Assembly (NCBI GenBank): GCA_902470365.1
Contig: CABRFZ010000008.1
Coordinates: 3,748 to 67,747, forward strand
Length of the DNA stretch: 64,000 nt
Reading direction: 5' to 3'
Source: an uncultured Collinsella sp.
GTDB taxonomy: Bacteria > Actinomycetota > Coriobacteriia > Coriobacteriales > Coriobacteriaceae
Shown in pieces: positions 8,316-17,492 of the stretch (positions are counted from its first letter, which is position 1; every line of letters begins with the position of its first letter). The notes under the pieces were generated by a model. That model did no database searches, was not told the DNA's origin, and was given only the letters and a program-made list of their open reading frames with translations. A program made the translations under genes and the position numbers.

Positions 8316-9341
8316 CTACTCGCAGAGCAGCTTAGCGATCTGGACGGCGTTGGTTGCCGCGCCCTTACGGATTTGGTCGCCGCAGCACCAGAAGGTGATG
8401 CCGCGCGCGGCCTCGGGGTTCGAGATGTCGCGACGCACGCGGCCGACCCAAATCAGGTCCTGGTCGGAGGTGTCCATCGGCATGGGGAAGCGGTCGTGTG
8501 CATCCTCGGCAGCCATATCGTCAACCAGCTTGACGCCGGGAGCAGCAGCCAGCACAGCACGGGCCTCTTCCACCGTGATGTCGCGCTCAAACTCGAGCGT
8601 AATGCTCTCGGAGTGCGAACGCAGCACGGGCACGCGCACGCAGGTGCAGTTCACGCGCAGCTCGGGCAGGTGCATAATCTTGCGGCCCTCGTTTTGCAGC
8701 TTCATCTCCTCAGAGGTAAAGCCCTCCTCCTTGACGCCGCCAATCTGCGGAATCAGGTTGCTCGCCAGCTGGGCGGCAAATGCGCGCGGCTCGGGAATCT
8801 CCTCGCCACGGCCCAGGGCAGCAAGCTGCGCTTCGAGCTCGGCCATACCGGGAGCACCGGCACCAGAAGCCGCCTGATACGTCGAGACGATCATGCGCTT
8901 CACGCCGGCAAGCTGATGCAGCGGCCACGTGGGAACCAGGCCGATGATGGTCGCGCAGTTGGGATTGGCGATAAGGCCGTGATGCCATTTGATATCGTCG
9001 GCATTGATCTCGGGCACGACCAGCGGCACCTCGGGATCCATGCGGAAGGCGTGGCTGTTGTCGACCACGACGGCTCCGCGCTTGACGGCCTCGGGCAGCA
9101 GCTCCTTGGCGATATCGTCGCCGGCAGCGCCGAGCACGATGTCGCAGCCCTCAAAGGCCTCGGGGCAAGCCTCTTCGATCACGATTTGCTCGCCGCGGAA
9201 CTCAACGGTCTTGCCCGCGGAGCGTGCGCTTGCCAACAGCTTGAGCTTGCCGACCGGGAACTCCTGCTCGTTGAGGCACTCGAGCATCTGGGTGCCCACG
9301 GCTCCCGTCGCGCCCAAAATAGCAACCGTGTACTGTTTCAT
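8316..9341 (-). CDS. asd: Aspartate-semialdehyde dehydrogenase
   Basis: MKQYTVAILGATGAVG.. with a NAD-binding N-terminus and the NPNCATI active-site region. ATG at 9341 with a GGGGGA SD. Confidence 0.9.
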   Translation of the reverse strand: MKQYTVAILGATGAVGTQMLECLNEQEFPVGKLKLLASARSAGKTVEFRGEQIVIEEACPEAFEGCDIVLGAAGDDIAKELLPEAVKRGAVVVDNSHAFRMDPEVPLVVPEINADDIKWHHGLIANPNCATIIGLVPTWPLHQLAGVKRMIVSTYQAASGAGAPGMAELEAQLAALGRGEEIPEPRAFAAQLASNLIPQIGGVKEEGFTSEEMKLQNEGRKIMHLPELRVNCTCVRVPVLRSHSESITLEFERDITVEEARAVLAAAPGVKLVDDMAAEDAHDRFPMPMDTSDQDLIWVGRVRRDISNPEAARGITFWCCGDQIRKGAATNAVQIAKLLCE

Positions 9342-9416
9342 GCTTCCCCCTTTAAAGGTTGTGGCTATCGCCCGCACGCCAGGCAGGCCGGATATTCTTG
9401 CCCAGTTTATACAAGA

Positions 9417-9443
9417 ACGGGGCGGATACAAAACCCGCCCCGT
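9417..9443 (-). terminator. Probable intrinsic terminator after lysC
   Basis: Minus strand reads acggggcgg-gttttgta-tccgccccgt followed by tcttgt. Confidence 0.55.
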
Positions 9444-9514
9444 CGAAACGAAACCGAAAAGAAACGCCCGACAGTAGATTTTTGGGACATCCTAAAAATC
9501 CACCGGGATGGTAA

Positions 9515-10903
9515 CTACTTATGGAGCGTGGCCAGGGCGGGATCGACCGGCGCGGGGACCTCCAGATCGGAGACCTTCACAATGCCGTTCTCGTCGGAGA
9601 AGGCACGGTAGATGGTCTGAATCGCCAGGTCAAAGTCCTTCTCCTCGACACCGATAATGATATTGATCTCGTCGCAGCTCTGCGAAATCATACGCACGCT
9701 CACGCCGGCCTGACCAAGCATGCCAAACAGATGGCCCGAGATACCTGCACGGCCGCGCAGGTTACGGCCAACGGTAGCGATGAGCGCCAAGCCCTCGACA
9801 ACCTCGATCTCGAGCGGCTCGACCTCCTGTTGAATGTCGCCCACGAGCGAGTACAGCGAGTCGTGCACATCCTGCTCCTGCACCACGGCGCCAAAGCGGT
9901 CGACACCGGTGGGCATGTGCTCGACGGAAACGTCATAGCGCTCGAAGACCGAAAGCGCGCGGCGCATAAAACCGACACGGGGTTTGGTGCGGTCGCGGGC
10001 AACGTTGATGGCGACAAAACCGCGCTTGCCGGTCACACCGGTAATGATGGGCTCCGCCTCGCCCTCATCAGCCGTCTCGCTAATGATGGTGCCGGGGTCC
10101 TGCGGCGCATTGGTGTTCTTGATGACCAGCGGAATGCCGGCCTCGCGCACGGGGAACACGGCCTCCTCGTGCAGGACGCTCGCACCCATGTACGAAAGCT
10201 CTCGCAGCTCCTCGTAGGTAACGCGGGCGATGGGCTGAGCCTCGGGCACAATGCGAGGATCGGCAGAATAGAAGCCCGAAACGTCGGTCCAGTTCTCGTA
10301 CAGGTCGGCACCAAGGCACTTGGCCAAGATCGAACCCGAGATATCGCCGCCACCACGGTCGAGCAGCTTGATCTGGCCCTCACGCGTCGCGCCGTAGAAG
10401 CCAGGCATAACGAAGCCGCCCTGCTGACCGTACTCTTGCACCAGCTCGGAGGTGCGGTTCATGCTGAGCGTACCGTCATGATGGAACGCCACAACCGTCG
10501 CGGCGTCCAGGAACGGTAGGCCCAGGTACTCAGCCATCAGGCGAGCGGTGAAGTACTCGCCGCGGCTCACAAGCTCCTCGGTGGAGTAACCGCCCGAGCG
10601 GGCGCGCTCGGCAAAGGCCGCGAACTCCTCGCGGATGGGATAGGTAAGCTCCAGCTCGTCAGCAATATCAAAATAGCGCTGGCCAATGTCCTCGAGCAAC
10701 TCCTCGCACGACACGTGATACTTAACGTGCGCGTTAACCAGGTAGAGCAGGTCGGTCACCTTGGTGTCGCCCTTAAAGCGGCGACCGCAGGCAGAAACCA
10801 CCACAAAACGGCGGGCAGGGTCGGCATCGACGATGGCCTTGATCTTCTTGAAGTGTTCGGCGTCGGCGACCGACGAGCCGCCAAACTTGGCAATCTTAAT
10901 CAT
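9515..10903 (-). CDS. lysC: Aspartate kinase
   Basis: MIKIAKFGGSSV.. N-terminus and ACT-domain C-terminal half. ATG at 10903. Confidence 0.9.
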   Translation of the reverse strand: MIKIAKFGGSSVADAEHFKKIKAIVDADPARRFVVVSACGRRFKGDTKVTDLLYLVNAHVKYHVSCEELLEDIGQRYFDIADELELTYPIREEFAAFAERARSGGYSTEELVSRGEYFTARLMAEYLGLPFLDAATVVAFHHDGTLSMNRTSELVQEYGQQGGFVMPGFYGATREGQIKLLDRGGGDISGSILAKCLGADLYENWTDVSGFYSADPRIVPEAQPIARVTYEELRELSYMGASVLHEEAVFPVREAGIPLVIKNTNAPQDPGTIISETADEGEAEPIITGVTGKRGFVAINVARDRTKPRVGFMRRALSVFERYDVSVEHMPTGVDRFGAVVQEQDVHDSLYSLVGDIQQEVEPLEIEVVEGLALIATVGRNLRGRAGISGHLFGMLGQAGVSVRMISQSCDEINIIIGVEEKDFDLAIQTIYRAFSDENGIVKVSDLEVPAPVDPALATLHK

Positions 10904-11006
10904 GGGCTGGAGGTTACCTTTCTAAAAGCCTCTGCGAACCTATTTTGCGTGCTCTGATACCATGGTTTCACCGATTGGGACCAAGGCATCCGAGGAGCAG
11001 TGTTAT

Positions 11007-12524
11007 ATGGGAACTTATCATAGTACACGAGGACGCACTTTATCGTGCTCAAGTAAGGTGGCAATCCGTACCGGCATCGCTCCCGACGGGGGTTTGTTTG
11101 TCTCGGACGAGCTCGGCACCCAGCAGGTCGATATCAGCTCGCTTACAGATAAATCGTACTTTGAAATCGCTCAAGATGTGTTGGGAATGTTACTGAATGA
11201 TTACACGGCCGAAGAAATTTCGGCGTGTGTCGACGAGGCATACCGCGGCACGTTCGCGAGTGAAGAGGTTACGCCGCTCGTCAAACTCGACGCTGCGCCG
11301 GGCGCTGACGCCCCTCAGACCTATGTGATGGAGCTCTTTGGCGGTCCCACGAGCGCCTTCAAGGACGTCGCCCTGCAGATGCTCCCCCGCCTCATGGCCC
11401 GCACTTCCGCCAAGGACGGCGGCGCTGAGCGCATCATGATCGTCACCGCCACGTCGGGCGACACCGGCAAGGCCGCGCTCGCCGGTTTTGCCGACGCTCC
11501 GGGCACGGGCATCACCGTCTTTTATCCCGAGGGCAAGGTCAGCCGCGTCCAGAACCTGCAGATGTCCACGCAGGAGGGCGACAACGTCGCCGTCTGCGGT
11601 ATCCGCGGCAACTTTGACGACGCCCAGAGCGCCGTCAAGCGCATCTTTGCCGATAAGGAGCTTGCCGAGCGTCTGGAGGCCGCCGGCACGGTGCTTTCGA
11701 GCGCCAACTCCATCAACGTCGGCCGCCTGGTACCGCAGGTCGTCTACTACTTTGCCGCCTATGCGCAGCTGCTGCGCGCCGGCGCCATCGAGGCCGGCGA
11801 CGCCGTGGAGTTCTGCGTACCGACCGGCAATTTTGGCGATATCCTGGCCGGCTACTACGCCAAGCGCATGGGTCTGCCCGTCGCCAAGCTCGTCGTGGCG
11901 AGCGACAAGAACAACGTGCTTGCCGACTTCCTGACCACCGGCGTTTACGACCGTAACCGCCCGTTCTTCACGACCATCTCGCCGTCGATGGACATCCTTA
12001 TTAGCTCCAATCTGGAGCGCATGCTGTACTTCCTGTCCGATGGCGACTGCGAGCTTGTTGCCGGCCTTATGGAGCAGCTGGCACAGACTGGTCGCTACGA
12101 GGTTCCCGCCGACCTGCTGGCAAAGATTCAGAGCGTCTTTGGCTGCGGTTGGGCCAGCGAGGACGAGGTCCGCGCTGCCATCAAGAGTTGCTGGGATGCG
12201 AACGGCTACGTGATCGACCCGCACACCGCCTGCGGCTATCACGTCTTTGAGCAGGTCGTTCCCGCCGAGGGTGCCAAGGCCCGCGTGCTGCTTTCGACCG
12301 CCAGCCCCTACAAGTTCCCGCGCGCCTGCTGCGACGCCCTGGGCCTCGACGTTCCCGAAGATGATTTTGAGGCTATGCGTGTGCTCGAGCAGGCCACCAA
12401 CACGGTCGCCCCGACCCAGCTCGCCGAACTCGAATCCAAGCCCGTCCGTTTCGAAGATGTCTGTGACGTCGATGAGATGGCGAGCTACGTCGAGTCTGCA
12501 GCAAAACGAATGAGCACCAACTAG
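11007..12524 (+). CDS. thrC: Threonine synthase
   Basis: MGTYHSTRG.., GGLFV and the FKD PLP-lysine region (PTSAFKDVALQ). ATG at 11007. Confidence 0.9.
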   Translation: MGTYHSTRGRTLSCSSKVAIRTGIAPDGGLFVSDELGTQQVDISSLTDKSYFEIAQDVLGMLLNDYTAEEISACVDEAYRGTFASEEVTPLVKLDAAPGADAPQTYVMELFGGPTSAFKDVALQMLPRLMARTSAKDGGAERIMIVTATSGDTGKAALAGFADAPGTGITVFYPEGKVSRVQNLQMSTQEGDNVAVCGIRGNFDDAQSAVKRIFADKELAERLEAAGTVLSSANSINVGRLVPQVVYYFAAYAQLLRAGAIEAGDAVEFCVPTGNFGDILAGYYAKRMGLPVAKLVVASDKNNVLADFLTTGVYDRNRPFFTTISPSMDILISSNLERMLYFLSDGDCELVAGLMEQLAQTGRYEVPADLLAKIQSVFGCGWASEDEVRAAIKSCWDANGYVIDPHTACGYHVFEQVVPAEGAKARVLLSTASPYKFPRACCDALGLDVPEDDFEAMRVLEQATNTVAPTQLAELESKPVRFEDVCDVDEMASYVESAAKRMSTN

Positions 12525-12536
12525 ATCCCTTATTAA

Positions 12537-12570
12537 GCGCCGGCGAAAGCCGGCGCACCTTCTTTTTATT
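12537..12570 (+). terminator. Intrinsic terminator after thrC
   Basis: gcgccggc-gaaa-gccggcgc followed by accttctttttatt. Confidence 0.75.
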
Positions 12571-12599
12571 TAGCTTTCGGGATAATGACGAGCATGCGA

Positions 12600-12711
12600 G
12601 CGGGTCTGGCCGTTTAGTTCGTCGCGAGTTCCGCACGAGCCGGAAAGCACTTAATGTGCTTTCCGAGCGAGCCAGGACTGCCCGAGCAGCGAACTAAACG
12701 GCCAGACCCGC
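12600..12711 (+). repeat. Divergent family A-like palindromic element between the thrC terminator and the thrB RBS
   Basis: Arms 12600-12621/12690-12711 are 22/22 complementary. The inner CGTCGCGAG / CCGAGCAGCG only loosely resembles the family A core. Confidence 0.6.
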
Positions 12712-12725
12712 CCAGGAGGACCCAC

Positions 12726-13607
12726 ATGATCAAAATCACCGTCCCAGCAACCAGCGCCAACCTAGGCATCGGCTACGACACCCTCGGCATGGCCGTCAGC
12801 CTCTACTCGCACTTTACCTTTGAGCGCGCCGATAAACTCACCATCACGGGCTGCCCCGAGGAATTCCAAAACGAGAACAACCTGGTCTATGTGAGCTTTG
12901 TCGATGCTCTGGCCGCCTGGGGCGAGCCGGCCTTCCCCGTCGCTATCGACATTCAGACCGACGTGCCCGTCGCCCGCGGCCTGGGTTCCAGCTCCACCTG
13001 CGTCGTCGCCGGCATCATGGCTGCCGCCGCGCTGACAGGCCACACCGTCGACCGCGCCGAACTCGTCCGCATCGCCACCGAGGTCGAGGGCCATCCCGAT
13101 AACGTCGCCCCCGCCATCCTGGGCGGCGCCGTCTGCTCCTTTACGCCGACTGATTCGCTCCCCCAGTGCCTGCGCTATGAGGTGAGCGATCGCTTGCGTT
13201 TTATTACCGTGATTCCGCCCTACGAGGTGCATACGAGCGAAGCCCGCAAGGTTGTGCCACAGGAGATTCCACTCTCCACCGCCGTATGGCAAATGGGCCG
13301 CATCGCCGGCATGACGCGCGGCTTGGAGACTGGTGACCTCGACCTGATTGCCGCCGCCAACGACGACCGCATCCAGGAGCCCTATCGCCGCCGCCTCATC
13401 CCCGACTACAACGCCGTGCGCGACACCTGCCTTAACGGAGGCGCCAAGACCATCTGGATCAGTGGCTCCGGCTCGACCCTCATGGCCGTGACTGACGACA
13501 CCATCGTGGCAAAGTTCCTACAGGTCAAGCTGCGCGAGCAGTTCCCCAAGTGCGACACGCATATCCTCACGTGCGACACGGAAGGCGCTCAAATCGAGTA
13601 CCTGTAG
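12726..13607 (+). CDS. thrB: Homoserine kinase
   Basis: MIKITVPATSANLGIGYD.. and the GHMP motif RGLGSSS. ATG at 12726 after AGGAGGA. Confidence 0.9.
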   Translation: MIKITVPATSANLGIGYDTLGMAVSLYSHFTFERADKLTITGCPEEFQNENNLVYVSFVDALAAWGEPAFPVAIDIQTDVPVARGLGSSSTCVVAGIMAAAALTGHTVDRAELVRIATEVEGHPDNVAPAILGGAVCSFTPTDSLPQCLRYEVSDRLRFITVIPPYEVHTSEARKVVPQEIPLSTAVWQMGRIAGMTRGLETGDLDLIAAANDDRIQEPYRRRLIPDYNAVRDTCLNGGAKTIWISGSGSTLMAVTDDTIVAKFLQVKLREQFPKCDTHILTCDTEGAQIEYL

Positions 13608-13787
13608 ACATCCTCCTCATATACCTGTCCGGGACGGTCGGGATATTCCCTCAAAATCGTCCTCGCGCATGAAGGCCCCTTGTCCTGCTCCTACGGAGCG
13701 ACGGACAAGGGGCCTTCGCGCTGCGGAATGATTTTGAGGGAATATCCCGACCGTCCCTGCGCCTACCTTGCTGAGGATGTCTACAGG
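13601..13787 (+). repeat. Nested-palindrome 3' element, family A copy 3 (three tiers)
   Basis: Tier 13601-13615/13773-13787 includes the thrB TAG. Tier 13631-13658/13730-13757 is 28/28 complementary. The core is CGTCCTCGCGCATGAAGGCCCC..GGGGCCTTCGCGCTGCGGAATG. Confidence 0.9.
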
Positions 13788-13863
13788 GACCCACGCTTTG
13801 AAGGGGCGCCAGGCTGATAGTTGATTTTTATTGGCAGGGGCTCTTGCTGGTAAGGGGCACTCA

Positions 13864-14454
13864 CTAGAGGCAGGCCTCGGCAATGCGGCGCTTAAGCTCG
13901 TCGATGCCGGTGCCGGTCTGGGAGCTCGTGATGATCACATTCTCGGCAGGGACGTTGAGCTGCTTTTTGATGGCTGCTGCCTGGCGGGCCTGTTGGGTGC
14001 GGCTGAGCTTGTCGGCCTTGGTGAGGCAGACGATAAAGTTGAACTCGTTGCCCTGCAGGTAGTCAATCATGTCATGGTCGAGCTTGCTCGGGTCGTGACG
14101 AATGTCCACCAGCGAGACGACCAAGTTAAAGCTGCGCTCGGAGTCGAAAAAGTCGCCGATAAGCTCGGCCCAACGGTCGCGCTCGGCCTTAGAACGACGG
14201 GCGAAACCGTAACCCGGCAGGTCGACAAAGTGCACGTCATCGGCCTCAAAGAAGTTGATGTTACTCGTCTTGCCCGGCGTACTCGAAACCTTGACCAAGT
14301 TCTTGCGGCCAAAGAGCTTGTTCATGATGGAGGACTTGCCCACATTGGAGCGGCCCACAAAGCTCACCTCGGGACAGGTGGACTCGGGAATCTGCGAAAC
14401 CTTGCCGTAGCTGGCGACGAACTTGGCAAGCTGGTAGTTAATTGAATCGGCCAT
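13864..14454 (-). CDS. engB: Ribosome biogenesis GTPase YsxC/EngB
   Basis: G1 motif GRSNVGKSS and G3 DLPGYG. ATG at 14454 with an AAGGAG SD. Confidence 0.9.
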   Translation of the reverse strand: MADSINYQLAKFVASYGKVSQIPESTCPEVSFVGRSNVGKSSIMNKLFGRKNLVKVSSTPGKTSNINFFEADDVHFVDLPGYGFARRSKAERDRWAELIGDFFDSERSFNLVVSLVDIRHDPSKLDHDMIDYLQGNEFNFIVCLTKADKLSRTQQARQAAAIKKQLNVPAENVIITSSQTGTGIDELKRRIAEACL

Positions 14455-14493
14455 GGACACTCCTTGGTCGTAGGTTTTTACAAAACGGGCGTG

Positions 14494-15234
14494 CTATTGC
14501 GCGGCGGCGATACTACGAACGATGTCAAGCGTGATGCCGCTCGCGGTGCGAGCGTACTCATCCAGATCGAACTCGCGCTCGCAAAACGCGTCATATGCCT
14601 CGTCACAATTATCGCTGATAGCGCGCAGCACTAGGCAATCGACACCATTCTTGGCCGCGATGTGCGCAATTGCCGCACCCTCCATCTCGACGCAATCGGC
14701 ATGCGTGGCCTCAATCGCAGCGTTACGCATGGCGTCACCCGTAACAAAGCGGTCACCTGTGGCGATAGTGCCACACAGGAACTGCTTGGGGTCCTTCTCC
14801 GCAGAATTCTCATCCGCCGAGGCATCCACAAATCCATGCTCGGCAAGCACGGCGGCGGCAACATCAGCCAACGCCGGCGTCGAGACAAACTCCTCGAGCC
14901 CCGGCGCGGACTCGGCGATGAGCGCCGTGTCAGTATCGAGATAGCGCAGGCACTTGCCTATAACCACGTCGTTAATATGGAGCTTAGGGTTTAGGCCACC
15001 CGCAATGCCCGAAAACACAACGGCCTGCGGGGCATATTTGCTGATGAGATGCTGCGTTGCCGCCGCGGCGTTTACGGTTCCCATGCCAGCGGTCGTAGCA
15101 ACAACGGACAAACCGTCGAGCTCGCCGTTGACAACGGTCAAGCCCGCCTCTTGTGCCACACGAGCGCCGTTCAGTTCTTCTTTAATCTGCGCAACCTCTT
15201 TTTCGAGTGCACCGATGATTGCGATGGTAGGCAT
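14494..15234 (-). CDS. mtnN: 5'-methylthioadenosine/S-adenosylhomocysteine nucleosidase
   Basis: MPTIAIIGALEKE.., FSGIAGGL and MEGAAIAH motifs. ATG at 15234. Confidence 0.85.
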   Translation of the reverse strand: MPTIAIIGALEKEVAQIKEELNGARVAQEAGLTVVNGELDGLSVVATTAGMGTVNAAAATQHLISKYAPQAVVFSGIAGGLNPKLHINDVVIGKCLRYLDTDTALIAESAPGLEEFVSTPALADVAAAVLAEHGFVDASADENSAEKDPKQFLCGTIATGDRFVTGDAMRNAAIEATHADCVEMEGAAIAHIAAKNGVDCLVLRAISDNCDEAYDAFCEREFDLDEYARTASGITLDIVRSIAAAQ

Positions 15235-15356
15235 ACCATCCCCCAAACCCGTGAAAACTGCTATCCACGGTATGGTACCAGCATTTTGACTCAACCGCGC
15301 AATACGAAGCCGCTAGACCACCGCAGCGCGGGTATCGTAGAGGAGCAAAAGACTTG

Positions 15357-16175
15357 CTAGCCGATGGCGTTTTTTAGCTCCGCGCGGCGCTTTTTCATGC
15401 CGGTCATAACGGCATTACGCAACTCGGGCATGCGCGCGGTATCCATCTGGGGCACGCCCTCGAGCTTATAGGGAATGCCCAGTTGCTCGTACTTGACGAC
15501 ACCCATCGTGTGATACGGCAGCATTTCCAGGCCCACCACGTTGTGCCATGGAGCGATGAGGCGACCGAGCTTCTCGCACTCCTCCACCGTGTCGGTAATG
15601 CCCGGCACCACCACGTGGCGGATAACGACCTTAATCTTGCGACGCGCGAGCTCATCACCAAACGCCAGAATGCGTGCGGGATCGCAACCGGTCAGCTTTT
15701 TATGCTCGATGGGATCGGCGTGTTTAATGTCGAGCAGCACCATATCGGTCTCGTTGAGTAGGGCATCGAACTTCTCGGGATGCTGGAGGTCGAAGGCGTA
15801 GCCGCAGCTATCCAGGCAGGTATGCACGCGACCATCGGGATTGTTGTGCATTGCACGGAACAGGTCGGCCAAAAATTCGGGCTGCAGGAGCGGCTCGCCG
15901 CCGGATACCGTAATACCACCGCTGCGGTAAAACTCATGGTTGCTCTGGAACTCGTCCATCAGGTGCTCGACGGTCACCATGGTGCCGCCGTTAACCGACC
16001 AGGTGTCGGGGTTGTGGCAATACGCACAGCGCATGGGACAGCCCTGAACAAACACCACAAAGCGGATGCCGGGTCCATCGACCGTTCCCATCGTCTCAAT
16101 CGAATGCACGCGGCCCAGGGCAAACGCAGAGTCCTCGGGACGAGCGTCCACACCCTCGAGCGTCATCTCAGCCAT
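15357..16175 (-). CDS. pflA: Pyruvate formate-lyase activating enzyme (radical SAM)
   Basis: GTVDGPGIRFVVFVQGCPMRCAYCHNPD. The start is uncertain (16175, 16166 or 16196). Confidence 0.9.
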   Translation of the reverse strand: MAEMTLEGVDARPEDSAFALGRVHSIETMGTVDGPGIRFVVFVQGCPMRCAYCHNPDTWSVNGGTMVTVEHLMDEFQSNHEFYRSGGITVSGGEPLLQPEFLADLFRAMHNNPDGRVHTCLDSCGYAFDLQHPEKFDALLNETDMVLLDIKHADPIEHKKLTGCDPARILAFGDELARRKIKVVIRHVVVPGITDTVEECEKLGRLIAPWHNVVGLEMLPYHTMGVVKYEQLGIPYKLEGVPQMDTARMPELRNAVMTGMKKRRAELKNAIG

Positions 16176-16361
16176 TCCCGCTACCTTGCCTCTCATTGGT
16201 TTTAGCTACATAAATGCCAGAGTCATTCTAGCCCATATGCATGATGGCGAAACGGTTTAGCGGTCAATTGGATTGTCCTATTTGGCCCTACGCAAGAGCG
16301 GCGGGAAGGTTGTCGCAACCCGCCCGCCGCCGAGGCAATAGAAATCGATAGACGCCAGGCC

Positions 16362-17216
16362 TTACGCTTTAAGCGTGAGCACCGCACCGAAGGCGGTCGG
16401 GCCGCAATGGCTCGAGATGACACCGCCGACCTGAGTCCAGGTAACGTCCTTAAAGCCCAGGTCGTACGCATAGACTTCCATGTCGTCGCGCAGCTCCTGG
16501 GAAAGACCTACCGAATACGCCAGGCCAATGTGCGAGTAGTCAATCTCGCCCTTCGCAACCATGTGGTCAATAAAGGCGCGGGCGCATTTGAGCATAGAGC
16601 CGCGGAACTTCTTGGTCGCCACAAACTTACCGCCCGTTACCTCAATGCAGGGCTTAATCTTGAGCAGGTGGGCGCCAAGGAATGCCACGTTGGACAGACG
16701 ACCGCCTGCCTTAAGGAAGGCTAGGTCGGTAGGAACAAAGCCCAGCAGCACACGGTCCATGACGGAATTCGTAAATGCAAAGATCTCGTCGACGGTGGCA
16801 TCGGGGTGAGCCTCGATGTATTTGGCGGTCTCGACGACAACGAGCGACTGGCCCACCGAGACAAAACGCGTGTCCATGGAGTAAACGTAGTCGCGACCCT
16901 TGGCGGCGATCTTCGATGATTGATGCGAGCAGGTCGTGGCCTCGGAATACGCGAGATGCAGAATAGTCGCGTCGGGCTGCTCGGCATGAATGCGGTCATA
17001 CACGTGAGCGAAATCCGCAGGCGCACAGCCACTGGTCTTGGGCATCACGCCAAACTCGTTGCAGCGCGAATAAATCTCGAGCGGATCGATCGAGCCGTCC
17101 TCGACGGTCTCGTCACCAATCGTGACATGCATGGGCACGCGCACGATGCCGTAGCGTTCGCAAAGCTCCGGCGTCACATCCGAACCAGACTCAACCACGA
17201 TTACGTACTTGCCCAT
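16362..17216 (-). CDS. DegV family fatty-acid-binding protein
   Basis: MGKYVIVVESGSDV..DGSID.. is a typical DegV N-terminus. ATG at 17216. Confidence 0.85.
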   Translation of the reverse strand: MGKYVIVVESGSDVTPELCERYGIVRVPMHVTIGDETVEDGSIDPLEIYSRCNEFGVMPKTSGCAPADFAHVYDRIHAEQPDATILHLAYSEATTCSHQSSKIAAKGRDYVYSMDTRFVSVGQSLVVVETAKYIEAHPDATVDEIFAFTNSVMDRVLLGFVPTDLAFLKAGGRLSNVAFLGAHLLKIKPCIEVTGGKFVATKKFRGSMLKCARAFIDHMVAKGEIDYSHIGLAYSVGLSQELRDDMEVYAYDLGFKDVTWTQVGGVISSHCGPTAFGAVLTLKA

Positions 17217-17492
17217 TATTATCACGACCCATCTCAACGTTGGTTTTTCAATACATGACACGCGCCGCCGCACTGTTGCGCAACGGCCTCCAAGCGCCAA
17301 AGAGACGCCGCCCCTTGCACACAACAAAGGACAGCGTCTCCCTGGAAAACTCCGTGCTTGGCTGAGATTTTACACGGTTTATAAATGAGTGTTACTTATC
17401 CCGCAAACGGTAGCTATACGCGATAAACGGTAGTTCGCTGCGGCAACTGCAACACATTCCGCCCAGCAAGTCCAATCGTGCCCCATGCACGG

